A DNA stretch of 12,272 nt from Takakia lepidozioides (Eukaryota; Plantae; Bryophyta), in contig JAKLZA010000199.1 in the NCBI GenBank assembly GCA_030704615.1, forward strand, positions 1-12,272, read 5' to 3'. The notes beneath the pieces are model-generated. The model had not been told where the DNA came from, made no database searches, and was given only the letters and a program-made list of their open reading frames with translations. The stretch's first letter is position 1, and each line of letters begins with the position of its first letter. The position numbers and the translations under genes are program-made. Below, piece by piece: positions 7,713 through 12,272 of the stretch.

Positions 7713-8561
7713 TGTTAACCGCTGGTTTATGACTTAGACAAAACAGGCTATTAACACTACTGCCCATTTCCTAAGACATGCAACAGAGGTTGTCCGATGG
7801 TATGCTTTCAAAAACGATTACGAAGTAATCGTTTTAAGGATAGCTAAACCATGAACGTCGGATGAAGCCATATCCTTGCAGACTGCTTAATCCTATTGAT
7901 TAAGACCAATCTACAGTCTCTTAAGCATAAAAGATCTTAGTTGGAAGGACTGAAGCCTCTTGGTTCCTACAAGCAGATGGTAGTCAAGAGAAACAAGAAC
8001 TATTCTGAGATGATACACATTCTCACCATCTCACGTTCACTCTACACAGAGATACTTCGAATAGCATGGCTTTACTCCAGAGCTCGTCACATCATCACAG
8101 AAGTACACAAAATCACTCTGAGTCCCTCTAACTACACATTGATCACTGATACTCCTACTGCGCACCTTCTGAGTTGCGTGCAGTCTTTTTATACTATGCT
8201 CGAAAGAGCCGTTACAGCCTGCGGTCGTTAATGACTGTTTGCCTAACTGCCTACGCAACCTAAAAGGTTTGCTAAAAAGTGGCTCGTTGTAGTGGTCGTG
8301 AGCCATAGTGGTAAATGATCCACTACTCCCTCTATTGGTTAAAGCCGATGTTGTCGTGACCGTGTGATATTGTGGTTCACGGCTCACGGTTACTACACTA
8401 CCCCTTACTGCTCTCGTGGTAATGTACCCTTGCCCCGCCATTGGCTAAGTACCGCGTACTTAGCCGTGTCTGCCTGTGGCTCAGGTAGTGTACGTCCATC
8501 ACTACCCAGTATGTCCCGTTGCGACCCTCGTTGTCTGTCCCTCGTAGCATAGCCGTTATCA
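7713..8561 (-). repeat. 3' long terminal repeat (849 bp)
   Basis: On the minus strand it starts TGATAAC immediately after the PPT and ends GTTAACA, a 6/7 terminal inverted repeat. It contains a TATA box. The candidate 5-bp target site is AAATT (7708-7712). The partner LTR is not in the window. Confidence 0.8.
8186..8193 (-). promoter_or_regulatory. Putative LTR TATA box
   Basis: TATAAAAA on the minus strand, about 370 bp into the LTR and in the element's sense orientation. Confidence 0.5.
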
Positions 8562-8585
8562 TTTATCCCCCCCCCCCCCCTCTTT
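8562..8585 (-). promoter_or_regulatory. Polypurine tract (plus-strand primer)
   Basis: Minus strand reads AAAGA-G14-ATAAA, directly followed by the TG of the LTR. Confidence 0.85.
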
Positions 8586-8607
8586 GAAATGTGTCCGCAC
8601 AATTTCG

Positions 8608-11600
8608 TCAATTCATGTACTTGCTGTATCTCTTGGGGATGTAAGGTGGTGGCATGCCTGTCTGCGAGGTAGGAAGTGCATCCCAGGATTGTCGTGGTGG
8701 CAGCTTATTGTTCTTGTTATCGTCACTGTCTGGTTGTTCCTCTAGTTCGTGAGTAGGCCAGCTTTCTTCATCAGGGTGTTCTGCTATCCGTCCCCACGTA
8801 CCATATCAATTTTTGTTGGTCAAGATTTTGCGGTAGGTTTGCTGCTCCTCCTTGGTCCAGGGTATAATGTGTTTTGTTGCCTTGCTGCCCATTAACCAGT
8901 TAACAGCTTGGACCCCTGTTTCTCTGAAAGGGTGGTCTCTGTCCAATACCAATGGTGAAAAGTGGACCTTTGCCTGGCGCCATGCTTCAGCATAAAGTGG
9001 CCTAATATATATGCTGAAGTGATGTGTGACTCTCTCTGGTGGGTAAATTCCCAGTGAGTATCTTTTTCAATACTCTCATAGCGCTGCCAGCTTCCCCTCA
9101 TTGTCACGAACATGCGGTACAAGTAACTGCCAATATAAAAACTTGGGCATCCCATCACAATGGTTACTGCCGAGGTAGGATTAATCTTCAATTGCCCCAC
9201 TGCCCACATGTAAGCTACCAACTCCTTGTATTCCAGAGGAGCTTGGCGCCAAAATCCAATTCTCCCCTGACCATGTCTCTTCCTTAGCCAGTGGTCTCAT
9301 CCTATATCTCAGAGAATAAGAGTTTGATTGAGAAGATGCAATTGACCCAATGATTTGCAGGGAGTTAAGGTTTTGAAAACCTTCTCCAGTATTTATGGGA
9401 TTTGGTGGGGGCTGGTACTACCATCATTTTAAAGTATTCCTCTGAATACTTTAATCACTCCCCATCCTGCTTGCATGGCATGATTTGGAAATCATCCACT
9501 GCTACTGAAGTTGATGCTACAAGGACACGTGGTAGTGTTACAGGGTTTACCTCTTGAGTAGAGGCCTGCTGTGGCATGTACCAGTGTGTTGGTTTGGTGG
9601 TGGTTGTGTTGTGTGGTTGTTGTTTGTGTTGGTGTTGTGTTGTGATTGTATTGGTGTCTCTCGTTCGTGATCTTGCTCCTCTTGATCCTCTTTGTCCATG
9701 AGTTCATCTTGTTCTGGAATTGGTGGCAGGAAACTCCTCATGAATGTGTGTCACCAATTTCGTCAACTGGCAATTTATCTGCCTCACCTTGCCCTGTTGA
9801 GTTCTTAATTCCAATTCCCCCACCCACTCCCTTCATTCAACCAAGCTCTGGCTAAGGCTACGTCTGTTGCATCCAACCTGCGTGCAGTGTCAGCTTCTCC
9901 AGCTGCTGCTCTCCATTCTTGTTCATGCCAATGGCAATGTCTCTTTTCTGTGGTGGCGGTAAACAGCCTGCTCTCAGCATTCTCCCTTTGCTCAGCAGAT
10001 GCAGTGTGCTGTTGAGCCATTTGGTTCCATGATCTTGGCAGTCCTCAGCTGCCCCTTGAGTGTCTCCACCTGCTGCTTTAATGTTTGCACCTGCCTGGTG
10101 AGTGTTTCCACCTCTGTCTCTGTTTCCAAGATCTAGCTTGCTCTGCATCGAGGTCAGCTTGGACATGGCGTCTGTTTGTCTCTCTATCCTTCCCACTTTT
10201 GCTCCCACTCATCTCTGCGTTGTGCCAATGTGTTGTATTGGCGGAGTAAGGTCGAATTTTGATCTTCTATGCTGCAATTGTAACCTCATGGTTACATACT
10301 GTTCTTGTAGTGGCCAATTCCTCTGGTGCTTCTCTTTGATGTGGTCTAAGATCAGGTTCAGGTTTTACGGGCTGATGTAATCTTGGCCTGTCCATACAAA
10401 CTGTCAGTTGCCCCCAATGCTGTATTGCCTGCAGAATGACATTTGTGGTGTTCCTCCAACCCTGTTGGTCCATGCTCTTGTATCTAAAACTTGTTGTGCT
10501 AGTGTATTCCAAATTGGAATTTCTTCTTGCTACTGCTGATCGGTGCCTGTTTGTACTATCTGCGTTTGCTGACTGGTAGGGTGCTGTTGCACCATCTGCT
10601 GTTGCTGCGCCACTATGTCTCCTCCTCTGATTGTGTGGCCTCTGTGCGGCTGCTTGCTGTGCTTCGGTTGTGCCATGGCTACTTTCCATGGGCGTTTTTT
10701 GCTTTGTTGGTGGTGTTTGTTCCCTCCTTCTGGCTGTTGATTCTCCCCTTCTCTCTGTACTGGGGAATTAGCCGTCGAGTTGATGATGTCCCTCTTGCTG
10801 CACTTGTGGTTGCTTCGTTGATCTCCGGGCTCTCTTTGCAAGTCCGCACTATTCTTCCTGACATGTTGCCGTCTCAATTCCTTCTTCCTCCCTTGTGTCT
10901 ACCCGTTGTATGATTCCCAACGTCGCTGCTTCGGCCGTTAGGTGTACAGTTTGTCGAATCATCTGGAGTTAACAAGGGAGTCGCCATGTAACTAAAGTCG
11001 TTTCCTTCTTTTTTTTTTTAACTGGTCAGTTCTTGAGTTAACTTCTTCAATAAGAAGCTTGCCCAATTCACGATTTGCCAATTGAAAGCAAATCAACACT
11101 TGGTCGATTAGCTCTTGGTACAGTAGCTATGGTTTTGCCTGAGGCAAAGCAGCAATGTGCTAAGTACTGGGGCTATCTTCCTGAAGCATGGTTTTGCTAT
11201 GGCGCATGTGTAGCCTTGATCTGCTTGGTTGAGATTCTCAAACAAATCTGCAAGTACAAAACCTTGGAGGTTTTCCGGGTGCGGTGGTACGTCCAAACTG
11301 GGAAGGTGAAAATACTTCCGCCAAGTACCTCTCTGTCAGCAGGTGTGCGTGTCGTGGACATTGTGCTCCGAGTGCTGGTGTTGTAATTCTCCAAGAACTC
11401 CCGCATAGCTCGTTGTGCTTCAGGTTCAGTCCAGCGTGGTGATGAAGTATCGCAGGCCAAGACTGTCCAAACATCTCTTGTGTCTTTGTGTCCTGCTCAA
11501 TCTTCCGCAATGTTGGGCTGATTTTGAAATTGACTGCGCATAATAGAACTTGGGTGCCTTCCGCTTGTGCCTTCCATTTCTCTTAGTCTCGCGGTGTGCT
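8608..11600 (-). pseudogene. Degenerate accessory ORF(s) of the retrotransposon 3' region: plant-transposon-protein-like N-terminal domain, low-complexity/coiled-coil middle, unknown C-terminal domain
   Basis: Stitched across frameshifts it reads LDSLGLRYFITT / RWTEPEAQRAMREFLENYNTSTRST / HLLTERYLAEVF / GFVLADLFENLNQADQGYTC...IAPVLSTLLLC / IVNWASFLLKKLTQEL / TPLLT. This resembles the 'REFY.N...INWA...P.LT' pattern of Athila-type extra ORFs. Q/E/K-rich helical segments lie at 9850-10900 and a globular segment at 8770-9400. The last stop is TGA at 8608-8610. The start coordinate is approximate. Confidence 0.6.
9585..9655. repeat. GT/TTG-rich low-complexity tract
   Basis: gtgtgttggtttggtggtggttgtgttgtgtggttgttgtttgtgttggtgttgtgttgtg; encodes a Q/H/N/T-rich linker on the minus strand. 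Confidence 0.8.
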
Positions 11601-12272
11601 GTAAGGAATTGGAGCAATCTGTATCACAAGAAGTATGAAGCACACTGGAAGTTGTGTATACAACAATCCAGTTTCGGAAGAGAAGGTGAGGAGTTTGCTC
11701 CTGGGTTTAAGTAGGGATTCCTCTCTGTAGGTTTCTCCTCTAACTTCTCTCGAGGTTCTCGTGGAGGGATATCTGTCCTGCTGTTTGCCTAGGTTTAACG
11801 TGTGTTAGCTTTAATTGTTGGGCCCAGGCTTACCAAGAAGCATTAGCCTCAGGTAAGGTTTTGAGAAAACTTCATACCTTTGTGCTTGTTTTCTTCCGTT
11901 GGTTTGTGTTCTTCGTGATTTGTTTGTTTAAAACCGATGGTCATGTGATGGTCCAGTTTCGGTCAGTTTATGTTCATCCTCTGAGCTTGTTATCCACTTT
12001 GGTATGTGGTCCGTTTAGAGGGGCGGCATTGGAGCAGTACTTGCAGCTTGGTTTAATGGCTTGCCCTATCGCCGCAGTTTTTTGGGCAACCGTGGATTGC
12101 GCCGTCGTTCCGCCTCTGTGTTATGATCGAAGGGTAGTGGTGTATGATTACCACTGTCGGTGGTGATCTGGAGCGTACATCTCGGAATTTAACACAAGCA
12201 GTGACTCGTTGCCGTTTCGTATTCGTCACTGTTCTGTAGGGCATCTGTGCTGGCCACGGTCTCACCATATGT

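Larger units (their letters stand above)
7713..12272 (-). mobile_element. 3' portion of a second LTR retrotransposon (3' LTR, PPT, accessory ORF region); probably non-chromovirus Gypsy
   Basis: The PPT directly abuts a TG...CA-bounded LTR, and a long degenerate same-sense ORF ends just before the PPT. gag and pol are not in the window, so the superfamily is inferred. Confidence 0.78.

Noticed and set aside
7352-7732. ORFs with repeated KCGAAF/GNAAPHF peptides
   Set aside because: These are translations of the DNA palindrome, appearing on both strands and in introns; the signal is at the DNA level.
7755-7760. CACTAC as a CACTA transposon terminus
   Set aside because: It lies inside the TG...CA-bounded LTR, with no matching TAGTG end or 3-bp TSD that I can support.
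8405-8611. ORF starting MTKLCGHISKRGGGG as the missing continuation of the RT (LLGHIVSKRG-like)
   Set aside because: The Gly run is the PPT G-tract and the rest reads into the LTR. No RT motifs lie upstream, so the resemblance is coincidental.
10527-10913. Hydrophobic plus-strand ORF resembling a membrane or env protein (also 9646-9855 and 11861-12166)
   Set aside because: The hydrophobicity follows from reading the antisense of A-rich, Q/K/N/T-coding minus-strand sequence; there is no independent support.

Overview
Eukaryotic, transposon-rich DNA, most likely from a land plant (a non-seed plant is my inference). It has three blocks. (1) 1-2984, minus strand: a decayed Ty3/Gypsy pol (RT thumb, RNase H, integrase). 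The integrase frame stays open to the left edge, giving a C-terminal extension of over 330 codons that the ORF track misses. (2) About 2986-7276, plus strand: a 9-exon, 8-intron gene of roughly 1150 codons that appears only when the ORF fragments are spliced. It encodes an N-terminal ParB/Sulfiredoxin-like domain (VWDGNHR) and a C-terminal prokaryotic-type beta-class N6-adenine/N4-cytosine DNA methyltransferase-like domain. An 18-28 bp palindrome (AAATGCGG-TG/CA-CCGCATTT) occurs in three introns and five times in the 3' flank. (3) 7713-12272, minus strand: the 3' end of a second LTR retrotransposon, with an 849-bp LTR, a polypurine tract and a long degenerate accessory ORF. The best candidate for an undescribed system is block 2, a ParB plus amino-methyltransferase gene carrying its own parS-like palindromes. 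All domain calls are by-eye motif recognition; no database search was run.
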